From Thermoproteota archaeon (lineage in GTDB: Archaea > Korarchaeota > Korarchaeia > Korarchaeales > Korarchaeaceae), in the NCBI GenBank assembly GCA_027491435.1, contig JAOZFG010000003.1, positions 8,085 through 72,084 on the forward strand: DNA of 64,000 nt, in the 5' to 3' direction. Shown here one piece after another: positions 9,007 to 17,793 of this stretch. Below the pieces are notes generated by a model that was given only the letters and a program-made list of their open reading frames with translations, was not told the DNA's origin and made no database searches. Position numbers and translations under genes: made by a program. Every line of letters starts with the position of its first letter. Position 1 is the stretch's first letter.

Positions 9007-9471
9007 TTGAGGAGTAAGAAAGTAGTCATACTGGGCGACCCCGGAGTTGGAAAGACTACTTTAGCGAAGAGGTTGTCGGAGAAGGCGTTTAAAGAGGTTA
9101 ACATGACTGTCGGGATAGAATTCCATAAAGTGAAAGAAGAAAACTTGCTTTTATGGGATCTAGCAGGCCAAGAGAAGTTCGTGGAGGTTCTCAAGGAGCT
9201 TGCCTCCGACAGAGCTGACTTATTCATTATAGTGGCCGACTCAACGAGCCCCAGGACTTTCGAGAGCGTGTTAGAAAGGTGGATTAAAATAGTAGACAAA
9301 AAGAGGACTATACTCGTCGTGAACAAAGTGGACCTGGCAGAACCCAATGATGAAGACTTAAACATGCTTAGAAAGCTCTCAGTCCCCTTGGTCAAATGCT
9401 CTTCAAAGACTGGTGAAGGTTTGAAAGATCTGATGATGATCATAAAAGGTTACCTATCAGATAACAAGTAA
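9007..9471 (+). CDS. Small Ras-superfamily (Rab/Roc-like) GTPase
   Basis: G1 GDPGVGKT, G2 TVGIEF, G3 WDLAGQE, G4 NKVD, G5 SSK; 154 aa; no C-terminal Cys prenylation motif. Confidence 0.92.
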   Translation: MRSKKVVILGDPGVGKTTLAKRLSEKAFKEVNMTVGIEFHKVKEENLLLWDLAGQEKFVEVLKELASDRADLFIIVADSTSPRTFESVLERWIKIVDKKRTILVVNKVDLAEPNDEDLNMLRKLSVPLVKCSSKTGEGLKDLMMIIKGYLSDNK

Positions 9472-9897
9472 TTTTCAGTGATGGAGTTTAAATTGACATC
9501 TCTCATATCTTTACACTTTGAGGAGACTCCAATACTGCCTTTTGAACTGGCTCTTAAGCCTTAAGACAGCATTCCCTCGGCCCTATGTCATCTATCGTTC
9601 TATTTCGTCATGGTTCCGTCCAATAACCCTCCACCACTAACTAAATTACACGACCTATCTGAAGCTTCCTCGTCTTTGGGTAACCTTGAGCACGTTACTA
9701 TCTCCTATAACTTCCTAGTTCCCCTGAACTCAACACTCTTTGCCTAGCCTAGGAACGCTTTACCCTTAAATCATCTTGCTTCTCCCTAAGGCCCCTCAAC
9801 CATCCCGCGGCGAGGTTATAATGAGGGCCAATTTATTCATTTAATGAAAAGAAATTTAACATAAATAGATATATGGTAGGTTTTCCTATATCAGTAG

Positions 9898-10473
9898 ATG
9901 TGCCTGGATGAAGTAAGAGAATGGCCCGATAGAAAGGGGGTGCTTTACGCCGAGGTGAACGTGCCTGAGTTCGGAAAAGTGGTGTTGAAGGACGTGGTGA
10001 TAATGTCTACCAGGTGGTGGTCGGACTTCATGTCAGGGATCTCCGTCATCTTCGGGGACAAGGCTTTGAGGCCCATTCTCTACTATTCAGCCTATCGGCT
10101 AATGAAGCAGCACAACCAGAGGGGGCTCATCAGGAAGATTAGAGAGTACGCTGACATTGACTCCCCTGAGGCCAGGAGGAGGATGTTCCACGTCGCCTCT
10201 GAGGTTTTCGCTTGTCTGGGCTTCGGTAGGATAGAAGGGGTGGAGATTGATGAGAACCACATAAGGGCTGTGGTGAAGGAATCTTTTGAGGCTAGAGGGA
10301 GAAAGTCCTCATCTCCCGTGTGTCACTTCGTGGCTGGAGTCATAGCAGCCCTAATAGAAGACATTTACGGCCTTAGAATAGGCCCTGTAAGGGAGGAGAG
10401 GTGTTCAGCCATGGGATCTGAATCCTGCCTCTTCGTCGCAGAGCTCATGGAGGAGAGACCCCATGAGGGTTGA
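9898..10473 (+). CDS. V4R-domain sensor protein (CorQ-like)
   Basis: GFGRIE...SFEA...CHFVAGVIAAL...EERCSAMGSESCLF V4R motif; upstream of the CODH genes. Confidence 0.85.
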   Translation: MCLDEVREWPDRKGVLYAEVNVPEFGKVVLKDVVIMSTRWWSDFMSGISVIFGDKALRPILYYSAYRLMKQHNQRGLIRKIREYADIDSPEARRRMFHVASEVFACLGFGRIEGVEIDENHIRAVVKESFEARGRKSSSPVCHFVAGVIAALIEDIYGLRIGPVREERCSAMGSESCLFVAELMEERPHEG

Positions 10474-11578
10474 GTCAGCCACTTTAGTCGTGAGGTCTGT
10501 AGGGAGGTGCTACCTTTCCTGTCCCTTTTGTCCCTGGAAGCTAAACAACTCGAGCTTTTTGGATAGATCCTCCCTGGAGGTAACGGTAGATGCGCTGATA
10601 GGCTCCATGTTTAAGCCCGACACCTACTTCATTTGTCCCGACCCCCTAGCCCATCCCGGCCTTGGAGAGTTAATCCAGACTGTTAGGGAGAGGAGGCTCC
10701 ACGTGACCGTGTTCGTCCCCGCTTCCACAAGGGTTAGGGAAGTTAACTGGTCAAACCTTCTGAAGGCCGACCAGATCTTCCTATTTTCCTATAATGGCGA
10801 TGAGCTTTTCGAAGCAGGTCCCCTGATAAGGTACCTGCTCATGAAGGGGGTCAGCGTTAAGTTAATGGCATTCGTTGTTCCCGGCATGAAACTCGACGAA
10901 TTCGAGTCAATCATGGCTTATGCCCAGAGGAGAGGGCTGGAGCTCTGGGCCTCCCTGCCCATACTCTGCCCGATCTCAGAGTGCCCCATAAATCTAGTTA
11001 AATTGATGAAATCCTGGGGGTTCCACGTCACCGAGCCTATAGGGGAGTTCATGAGCGTTTACATGGTCAGAATGGCCTTCAAGGGGGATTACCCAGTTAG
11101 GGTCGTAGAGGGTCCCATGTGTAGGAAGGACTGTAGGCTCCTCTTCTTAGATTCCAACGGGCTAGTCGGCAAGTGCCCAGCCAGCACTTTTCTAGGCATC
11201 TCTTCACCGCTTGAATTCGCTGCTGTAGTCAGGAAGGGATGCACCAGGGTAGGGGAGAAGGTCAAGTACTCTTTCGTGACTTCGGTGAAGCTTGTCACCA
11301 GTGAAGGGGCCGAAATCGATGAAAGGGATCTAGACCTACTCGCCTTATTGGAAGAAGTGGGTAGTTTAAGTAGCGCAGCGAAGATGCTGGGGGTTTCAAC
11401 CCCTTCCGTGCTCAGGAGGGTAAGGAAGGTGGAGGAACTCCTAGGAATGAGGTTGTTGGTAAGTAGGAGGGGTGGAGTTGATAGAGGAGGTGTATTCCTA
11501 ACACCTGAGGCTAGGGAACTCATAACCAAGTACAAGTCGGTGAAGTCCACCAGCAGCGTCCTCTCCAAGTTCACCTAA
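10463..11578 (+). CDS. Radical-SAM-like domain fused to a C-terminal ModE/LysR-type wHTH; putative CO-operon regulator (CorR-like)
   Basis: CxxxCxxC (CYLSCPFC), DPLAHP, later Cys motifs; C-terminal GSLSSAAKMLGVS...RRGGVDRGGVFLTPEA is a ModE-type wHTH. Confidence 0.75.
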   Translation: MRVESATLVVRSVGRCYLSCPFCPWKLNNSSFLDRSSLEVTVDALIGSMFKPDTYFICPDPLAHPGLGELIQTVRERRLHVTVFVPASTRVREVNWSNLLKADQIFLFSYNGDELFEAGPLIRYLLMKGVSVKLMAFVVPGMKLDEFESIMAYAQRRGLELWASLPILCPISECPINLVKLMKSWGFHVTEPIGEFMSVYMVRMAFKGDYPVRVVEGPMCRKDCRLLFLDSNGLVGKCPASTFLGISSPLEFAAVVRKGCTRVGEKVKYSFVTSVKLVTSEGAEIDERDLDLLALLEEVGSLSSAAKMLGVSTPSVLRRVRKVEELLGMRLLVSRRGGVDRGGVFLTPEARELITKYKSVKSTSSVLSKFT

Positions 11579-11601
11579 CGTTTTAACCTAGTGTTAAAAC
11601 G
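11579..11601. promoter_or_regulatory. Palindromic operator upstream of cooF
   Basis: Perfect inverted repeat CGTTTTAAC-ctagt-GTTAAAACG, about 15 bp upstream of an AT-rich TATA-like stretch (TTATAATA). Confidence 0.6.
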
Positions 11602-11677
11602 GGTCGTGATGCGTCTTTTATTGTTATAATATCGGAACAATTATTAAAATGTTCGACTAAGGTGTTCAGGGGGTAAG

Positions 11678-12259
11678 TTGGAAGCGGTGACGATTCCGGA
11701 GTACTTGATTTACGTCGACCCATCCCGATGCGTCGGATGTAGGAGTTGCGAATTAGCCTGTGCTGTAGAGCACTCGTCATCCAAGACCCTTTACGGTGCA
11801 ATAGCTGAGCTCCCCCCTCCCAGGCCTAGGACCAAGGTGATTCCAGCTGACGGAATATACGTGCCCATGAGGTGCATGCACTGCGATCCCGCTCCCTGCG
11901 TCGAGGCTTGTCCTACAGGTTCCATGCACAAAACTGAGGAGGGGTTCGTGATATCCAACCCGAGGAAGTGTATAGGTTGTAGAACCTGTTTGCTAGCCTG
12001 TCCCTTCGGACATCCCAGCTACAGCAGTGAGAACAAGGTGATCAAGTGCGACCACTGTGTTGACAGGATTAGGGCGGGCCTTCCTCCTGCCTGCGTTGAA
12101 GCTTGTCCAACCGGGGCTTTAAGGTATGGTAGGGCCGAAGAACTGTTGGACGAGGAGAAGAGGAGGCGCGCTTTGGAGCTCATTCTGGGACTAGGCGAGG
12201 GAGGGGTCGTGTACAGAAAGGCCAGGGAAGGTGCTCTGCACGCCCTTCTAGGGAGGTGA
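11678..12259 (+). CDS. cooF: CODH-associated 4x[4Fe-4S] electron transfer protein
   Basis: CVGCRSCELAC, CMHC.PAPCVEACP, CIGCRTCLLACP and KCDHC...PACVEACP motifs; immediately upstream of cooS. Confidence 0.9.
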   Translation: MEAVTIPEYLIYVDPSRCVGCRSCELACAVEHSSSKTLYGAIAELPPPRPRTKVIPADGIYVPMRCMHCDPAPCVEACPTGSMHKTEEGFVISNPRKCIGCRTCLLACPFGHPSYSSENKVIKCDHCVDRIRAGLPPACVEACPTGALRYGRAEELLDEEKRRRALELILGLGEGGVVYRKAREGALHALLGR

Positions 12260-12263
12260 TGGT

Positions 12264-14189
12264 TTGGAGGAGAGAATTTATGAGAGGTTAATGAAGGCCT
12301 CCAGGAGGGAGTTCTACGAGGGAGTTTCCTCCGACCCCACCGTCCCTCAGCTACTTGAGAAGGCCGAAAGGGATAAGATAGAGACTGTTTGGCACAGGTA
12401 CCTAGCACAACAACCCCAGTGCGGTTTCGGCCTTCTGGGGGTGTGCTGCAGGAACTGCAACATGGGCCCCTGCAGGATAGACCCCTTCGGCTACGGCCCA
12501 CAGAAGGGGGTTTGTGGGGCCACCGCCGATACTATAGTGGCGAGGAACCTGATGAGGATGCTGGCTGCTGGGGCTGCCGCCCATAGCGATCACGCTAGGG
12601 ACATAGCTGAGGTGTTCATGGGCATACCGGAGGGTTGGGCCAAGGATTACGGGATAAATGACAGGGAGAAGTTGGTGGCCGTGGCCGAAAGGCTGGGCAT
12701 CGAGACCGACGGCAAGGATGAAAAGGAGATAGCTAGAGAGATAGCTGAAATAGCTTTAATGGAGTTTGGTAAGCCTGGAGAAGATCCCCTTAAGTTCCTA
12801 GAAGCCTATGCTCCTGAGAAAAGGAAGGAGGTTTGGAAGAAGCTCGGGATAACTCCCAGGGCCATAGATAGGGAAGTGACGGAAATGATGCACAGGACTC
12901 ACATGGGGGTGGACGCTGACCCACTTAGCTTGATAGCTCATGGGCTTAGAACGGCCCTAGCTGACGGGTGGAGCGGCTCCCTAATGGCAACCGAGTTGAG
13001 CGACATAATGTTCGGTACCCCGAAGCCGATCAAGGTCTGGGCCAACCTGGGAGTGCTTAGAGAGGATGCGGTCAACATAATGGTTCATGGGCACAACCCC
13101 GTATTGTCCATGAAGATAGTAGAGGCTGCCAAGGATCCGGAGCTCAACGAGTTAGCCAAAAAGCTGGGGGCCACTGGAGGAATAAACGTTGTCGGAATGT
13201 GTTGCACGGGAAATGAGGTCTTAGTGAGACTAGGTATTCCGGTAGCGGGCAACCTTTTGCAGCAAGAGTTGGCCATAATAACAGGGGCCCTTGAGGCTGT
13301 AGTGGTGGACTACCAGTGCATAATGCCTGCCCTGGTTGACGTTGCCTCCTGCTACCACACCAAGGTCATAACCACAGAGCCAAAGACCCATATCCCCGGG
13401 GCCTTACACATAGAGTTCGACAAGGCCAACGCCCTGGAGACCGCCAAGGAGATAGTGAGAGTCGCCGTGGAAAACTTCCCCAACAGGAGAAAGGACAGGG
13501 TTTTCATCCCTAAGGAGAAGATGGAAGCAGTAGTGGGCTTCAGCGTTGAGGCCATACTTAAAGCCTTAGGAGGCACCTTAAAGCCGCTGGCTGAGGCTTT
13601 GAAGGTCGGAAAGATTAAGGGGATAGCTGGGGTGGTCGGTTGCACCAACCCGAAGACAAGACACGATTACAGCCACGTCACAATAACTAAGGAGCTCATA
13701 AAGAACGACGTGCTGGTGGTGGGCACCGGTTGCTGGGCTATCACCATGAGTAAGGCCGGGTTGTTCAAGCCGGAAGCCGCTGAGTTGGCCGGTCCTGGGC
13801 TAAAGGAGGTGTGTAAGTCTCTGGGTATACCTCCAGCGCTTCACATGGGGAGCTGCGTCGACTGTTCGAGGATGTTAGTGGCTATAGCTGCCCTAGCTGA
13901 CTACTTCGGGGTGGACATGTCCGATCTGCCCGTGGTGGGATCGGCTCCAGAGTGGATGAGCGAGAAGGCCGTCTCTATAGGGGCTTATTTCGTAGCCTCA
14001 GGGGTTCCCGTTCACCTAGGGACGGTGCCTCCAGTCTTGGGAAGCAAGAGGGTTGTGGAGATACTTACCGAGGAAGCTGAGAAGCTTGTAGGAGGTAAGT
14101 TCTTTGTTGAAACTGACCCGAAGAAGGCAGCTGAGGCTATGCTGAACATAATAATTGAGAAGAGGAAGAGGTTGGGCTGGCCTGTCTAA
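12264..14189 (+). CDS. cooS: Anaerobic Ni,Fe carbon monoxide dehydrogenase catalytic subunit
   Basis: CGFGLLGVCCRNCNMGPC (D/B clusters), AAAHSDH, HGHNP, CCTGNE, DYQC, GCTN, GCW, GSCVD and SEKA motifs. Confidence 0.97.
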   Translation: MEERIYERLMKASRREFYEGVSSDPTVPQLLEKAERDKIETVWHRYLAQQPQCGFGLLGVCCRNCNMGPCRIDPFGYGPQKGVCGATADTIVARNLMRMLAAGAAAHSDHARDIAEVFMGIPEGWAKDYGINDREKLVAVAERLGIETDGKDEKEIAREIAEIALMEFGKPGEDPLKFLEAYAPEKRKEVWKKLGITPRAIDREVTEMMHRTHMGVDADPLSLIAHGLRTALADGWSGSLMATELSDIMFGTPKPIKVWANLGVLREDAVNIMVHGHNPVLSMKIVEAAKDPELNELAKKLGATGGINVVGMCCTGNEVLVRLGIPVAGNLLQQELAIITGALEAVVVDYQCIMPALVDVASCYHTKVITTEPKTHIPGALHIEFDKANALETAKEIVRVAVENFPNRRKDRVFIPKEKMEAVVGFSVEAILKALGGTLKPLAEALKVGKIKGIAGVVGCTNPKTRHDYSHVTITKELIKNDVLVVGTGCWAITMSKAGLFKPEAAELAGPGLKEVCKSLGIPPALHMGSCVDCSRMLVAIAALADYFGVDMSDLPVVGSAPEWMSEKAVSIGAYFVASGVPVHLGTVPPVLGSKRVVEILTEEAEKLVGGKFFVETDPKKAAEAMLNIIIEKRKRLGWPV

Positions 14190-14190
14190 A

Positions 14191-14973
14191 ATGCCCCTGA
14201 GAGTCCTTGTAGCTGGAAAGGGCGGGGTTGGTAAAACCACGATCTCAGCCCTCCTCTCATTTTTTCTCTCATCTCGAGGAAAGAGAGTCCTGGCGGTGGA
14301 CACTGATTCAGTGCCTAACTTGGCTCTCGCCCTAGGACTACCCCAGGAGGTCGCCTCATCAATAACCCCCCTAGTCAGGGATGAAGGGCTCGTCGAGGAA
14401 AGGACCGGTGCTAGGCCCGGGCAGAGCTGGGGGGTCTTCTTCAGGCTTAACCCTAAGGTTGACGACCTGATCTCCAAGTACGGGATAAGGGTTAGGGATG
14501 GCCTAAACCTCCTGGTGGTGGGAAGCATCGACTCGGCGAAGCAAGGTTGCTTATGTCCCTCTATAGCGCTTGTTAAGGCGCTGTTAAGGCACATAATGCT
14601 TGAAGAGGGGGATGTCGTGGTCGTGGACGCCGAGGCAGGGGCTGAGGTCTTCGGAAGGGGACTAGCTGAGAACTTCGACCAGATGTTATGCGTCTCAGAG
14701 CCCACAGTCAAGTCCTTGGAGGTATCCAGGAAGCTCATCGAGATGGGTAAGCAGTTGGGCATAAGGGGGATCTCTCTAGTGGTCAACAAGTTCCGTGGGG
14801 GGGCTGAACTGGAGGAAAGGATAAAGAACACGTTTGACGTCGACGTCTACTTCATCCCCTATGATGAGAGCTTCCTTCAGGCTGAGATGGAAGGTAGAGG
14901 GGCAGACACCTATCCTAAAGACTCTCCAGGAGTTAAATCGGCTCATAAGATATTTCTAGAGCTCTTCGGGTGA
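14191..14973 (+). CDS. cooC: CODH nickel-insertion ATPase
   Basis: GKGGVGKTT, DTDSVPNL, GCLCP (CxC) and DAEAGAEVFGRG; ATG at 14191 directly after cooS. Confidence 0.93.
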   Translation: MPLRVLVAGKGGVGKTTISALLSFFLSSRGKRVLAVDTDSVPNLALALGLPQEVASSITPLVRDEGLVEERTGARPGQSWGVFFRLNPKVDDLISKYGIRVRDGLNLLVVGSIDSAKQGCLCPSIALVKALLRHIMLEEGDVVVVDAEAGAEVFGRGLAENFDQMLCVSEPTVKSLEVSRKLIEMGKQLGIRGISLVVNKFRGGAELEERIKNTFDVDVYFIPYDESFLQAEMEGRGADTYPKDSPGVKSAHKIFLELFG

Positions 14974-14977
14974 TCTC

Positions 14978-16927
14978 ATGGACGTTAAAGTCGGAATTTA
15001 CGTCTGTCACTGCGGTAAGAATATAGCTGGAAAGGTAGACGTGGTTAAAGTGGCCAATGAGCTCAGGAAGGATCCTAGAGTTTCAGTGAGCAGGCATTAC
15101 TTCTTCATGTGCAGCAGCTCCGGTCAAGAGATCATAAAGCGGGACATTGAAGCTGGAAGGGTGAATAGGATCGTGGTGGCGGCGTGTAGCCCTAAGTTAC
15201 ACGAGCCCCTGTTCAGGAGAGTTGTCAGCGAAGCTGGACTCAACCCAGGGTATTATGAACAGGCCAACATAAGGGAGCTCGTATCCTGGTCAACTGAGGA
15301 CCCTGAGAAGGCAACTGAGAAGGCCATAAGGTACACGAGAGCTGCCTTAGAGAAGGTCGTGTCAGCTCAGCCCATAGAGGTTAAGGAAGTTCCCGTCAAC
15401 AGGGAGGCGCTAGTGATAGGGGGAGGAGTTGCAGGCCTGACTGCAGCCCTAGACTTGGCTGAGAAGGGGATAAGGGTCCACCTGGTTGAGAAGAAGCCCA
15501 CAATAGGGGGAATGATGGCCCTCTTCGACAGGGTGTTTCCCACGGGCGATTGCTCCCTCTGCATACTGACGCCTATGATGGCCGAGGCCGAGGCTCATCC
15601 GAACATAACAATTTACACGAACTCCGAGGTCCTCGATGTGTCTGGTTCCGTGGGGAACTTCAGGGTGAGGGTGAGGAAGGACGCTAGATACGTGGACCTC
15701 GAGAAGTGTGTGACCTGTGACACCTGCTCCAAGGAGTGCCCAGTTGAGGTTCCCAACGAGTGGGACGCTTACCTGGGGACCAGAAAAGCCATCTACATAC
15801 CCTATCCCCAGGCCGTGCCTCGAGCTTACGTGGTAGACCCCGACAGCTGTCTCTACTTCAGAGACGGTAGCTGCAGGAGATGCGAAGAGGTTTGCCCTAC
15901 TAAGGCGATAAACTTGGATCAGGAGCCCGAGATCCTAGAGCTGGAAGTGGGCGCCATAATAGTGGCCACTGGGATGAAGGAGTATAACGCTTCAAACTTA
16001 AAGAACTACGGCTACGGCAAGTATCAGGACGTGATAACTCAATTCGGGTTTGAGAGGCTAGTTAACGTTACAGGGCCAACTCAGGGCGAGATAAGGAGGC
16101 CCAGCGACGGGAGGGTTCCTAAAAGGTTCGTCTTCATACAGTGCGCCGGAAGCAGGGACGTGAACCACAACCCCTACTGCTCCAACGTCTGTTGCATGGT
16201 GACGCTCAAGCAGGCCGAGATAATCAGAAGCGAGATACCTGACAGCCAGGTTTACGTGTGCTACATAGACATGAGGACCCCTAAGAGGGGGTTTGAGGAG
16301 ATGTACGCGAGGGTCAGGCAGGAGGGCGTCACCTTCATCAGGGGTAAGCCTGGGGAGGTCAGGAGGGAGGGAGATCATCTAATCGTCGAAGTCTTCGACG
16401 AGACCCTAGGGAAGAAGCTGATGCTTGAGGCAGACATGGTGATACTAGCGGCCGGCTTATCGCCCTCTGATGGCACCATAGGAATTAAAGAGGTGCTTAA
16501 CGTTGGCGCTGACTCTTATGGATTCCTTCAGGAGCTTCACCCCAAGCTAAAGCCAGTTCAGACTTCTAGACCAAGTATTTTCATATGTGGTGGAGCACAG
16601 GGGCCTAAAGACATTCCTGACTCCGTGACTCAAGCTAAAGCGGCTGCTAGCGAGGCCTCTGCCCTCCTGATAAGGGGTAAGGTGGAGATTCCAGGGGAGA
16701 GGGCTTACGTAAAGCCGGAGCTCTGCACTGGCTGTGGGGCCTGCGTGGAGGAGTGCCCGTTCCAGGCCATAGAGCTAGTTGAGGGTAAGGCCAGGGTCAT
16801 TGAGGCCGCCTGCGCTGGATGTGGGATATGTCAGGGGGTATGTCCCAAGGGAGCCATCGAGAGGAGGCTCTACACTGGAGAGGAAGTTTTGAACCAAGTT
16901 GACGGCCTGTTGGAGGTGATAGGTTGA
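14978..16927 (+). CDS. hdrA: Heterodisulfide reductase subunit A
   Basis: GIYVCHCG, FMCS, AACSP, GGGVAG FAD motif, DCSLC, inserted ferredoxin, QCAGSRD...YCSNVCCM..LK, C-terminal ferredoxin. Confidence 0.96.
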   Translation: MDVKVGIYVCHCGKNIAGKVDVVKVANELRKDPRVSVSRHYFFMCSSSGQEIIKRDIEAGRVNRIVVAACSPKLHEPLFRRVVSEAGLNPGYYEQANIRELVSWSTEDPEKATEKAIRYTRAALEKVVSAQPIEVKEVPVNREALVIGGGVAGLTAALDLAEKGIRVHLVEKKPTIGGMMALFDRVFPTGDCSLCILTPMMAEAEAHPNITIYTNSEVLDVSGSVGNFRVRVRKDARYVDLEKCVTCDTCSKECPVEVPNEWDAYLGTRKAIYIPYPQAVPRAYVVDPDSCLYFRDGSCRRCEEVCPTKAINLDQEPEILELEVGAIIVATGMKEYNASNLKNYGYGKYQDVITQFGFERLVNVTGPTQGEIRRPSDGRVPKRFVFIQCAGSRDVNHNPYCSNVCCMVTLKQAEIIRSEIPDSQVYVCYIDMRTPKRGFEEMYARVRQEGVTFIRGKPGEVRREGDHLIVEVFDETLGKKLMLEADMVILAAGLSPSDGTIGIKEVLNVGADSYGFLQELHPKLKPVQTSRPSIFICGGAQGPKDIPDSVTQAKAAASEASALLIRGKVEIPGERAYVKPELCTGCGACVEECPFQAIELVEGKARVIEAACAGCGICQGVCPKGAIERRLYTGEEVLNQVDGLLEVIG

Positions 16928-17793
16928 GAGTAGTGGGTTTCTGTTGCAATGAGTGCGCCTACGCCGCAGCTGACCTGGCCGGTAGCACCCACAGGGTCCA
17001 CCCGCCTGAGGTGTTAGTGGTTAGGATACCTTGCTCAGGGATCGTTGACCCATCTTGGCTCGTGTACGCCTTAGCTAAGGGGGCTGACGCCGTGTTCGTA
17101 GCGGGTTGCAGGAAAGGAGAGTGTCACTACGTTGATGGAAACTTCAAGGCCGAGTCGAGGGTCGCCTTCGTCAAGGAGCTCCTCAAGTCAGTTGGAGTAG
17201 AGCCGGAGAGAGTGGAGATGTTCTTCATGGCCGCCTCAGAACCTCACAAGTTCGTGGAGGCCGCCAAGGAGATGGTAAGGAGGGTCGAGGAGCTTGGTCC
17301 CTTGGAGAGGAAGGGGGCCCCGAAGAGGGAAGGTAAGAAGGGCGTGATAGCCAGCTCCCTCCTGGCAATAGCTAAAACCGTCATTGACGCTCCGTTGCCG
17401 GAGATACCTGGGTTTAGAGTTCCTAACTTCTCAAGTGAGTGCATAGGGTGTGGTGCCTGCGTTGAGACCTGTCCTGAGAGGGCGTTGAAGGTGAGGGACT
17501 ACAACGGGAAGAGGGTTATAGAGCTTAACGCCAGGAGGTGCACCTCGTGCGGCAAGTGCGTCGAGGTCTGCGACGAGGTAGAGAAGGCGCTAACCTTGGG
17601 AGGGATGACACTAAAACAGCTTTTGGAGGAGTGGTCAGTCGTCTCTGCTCACGATCTAGTTGAGTGCGAGGTCTGCGGGAGGCCCTTCGCTACACAGAGG
17701 GAGCTCGACAGGTCAGGTTCCCCGAAGGTCTGCCCCTCATGTAAGGAGAGGTTATCGGCTAGGGCCATGGTCGTAGGGAGGGTAGGGCCGTGA
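16924..17793 (+). CDS. mvhD: MvhD [2Fe-2S] subunit fused to a 2x[4Fe-4S] + CxxC/CxxC domain
   Basis: FCCNECAYAAADLAG, RIPCSG and GCRKGECHY, followed by CIGCGACVETCP, CTSCGKCVEVC and CEVC...CPSC. Confidence 0.9.
   Translation: MRVVGFCCNECAYAAADLAGSTHRVHPPEVLVVRIPCSGIVDPSWLVYALAKGADAVFVAGCRKGECHYVDGNFKAESRVAFVKELLKSVGVEPERVEMFFMAASEPHKFVEAAKEMVRRVEELGPLERKGAPKREGKKGVIASSLLAIAKTVIDAPLPEIPGFRVPNFSSECIGCGACVETCPERALKVRDYNGKRVIELNARRCTSCGKCVEVCDEVEKALTLGGMTLKQLLEEWSVVSAHDLVECEVCGRPFATQRELDRSGSPKVCPSCKERLSARAMVVGRVGP

Noticed and set aside
9480-9830. Possible minus-strand pseudogene in the intergenic region
   Set aside because: Purine-rich, coding-like composition, but stops interrupt it and no family could be recognised.
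7701-10473. Longin + V4R (Bet3-like) + GTPase as a proto-TRAPP complex
   Set aside because: The V4R gene is separated from the GTPase by about 425 bp of decayed DNA and overlaps the CODH regulator, fitting a CorQ-like role better. Not formally excluded.
14016-14831. 271-aa minus-strand ORF and other long antisense ORFs (e.g. 57007-57705, 21188-21754, 8940-9443)
   Set aside because: They overlap well-supported genes on the opposite strand and show Ser/Leu/Pro-rich shadow composition.
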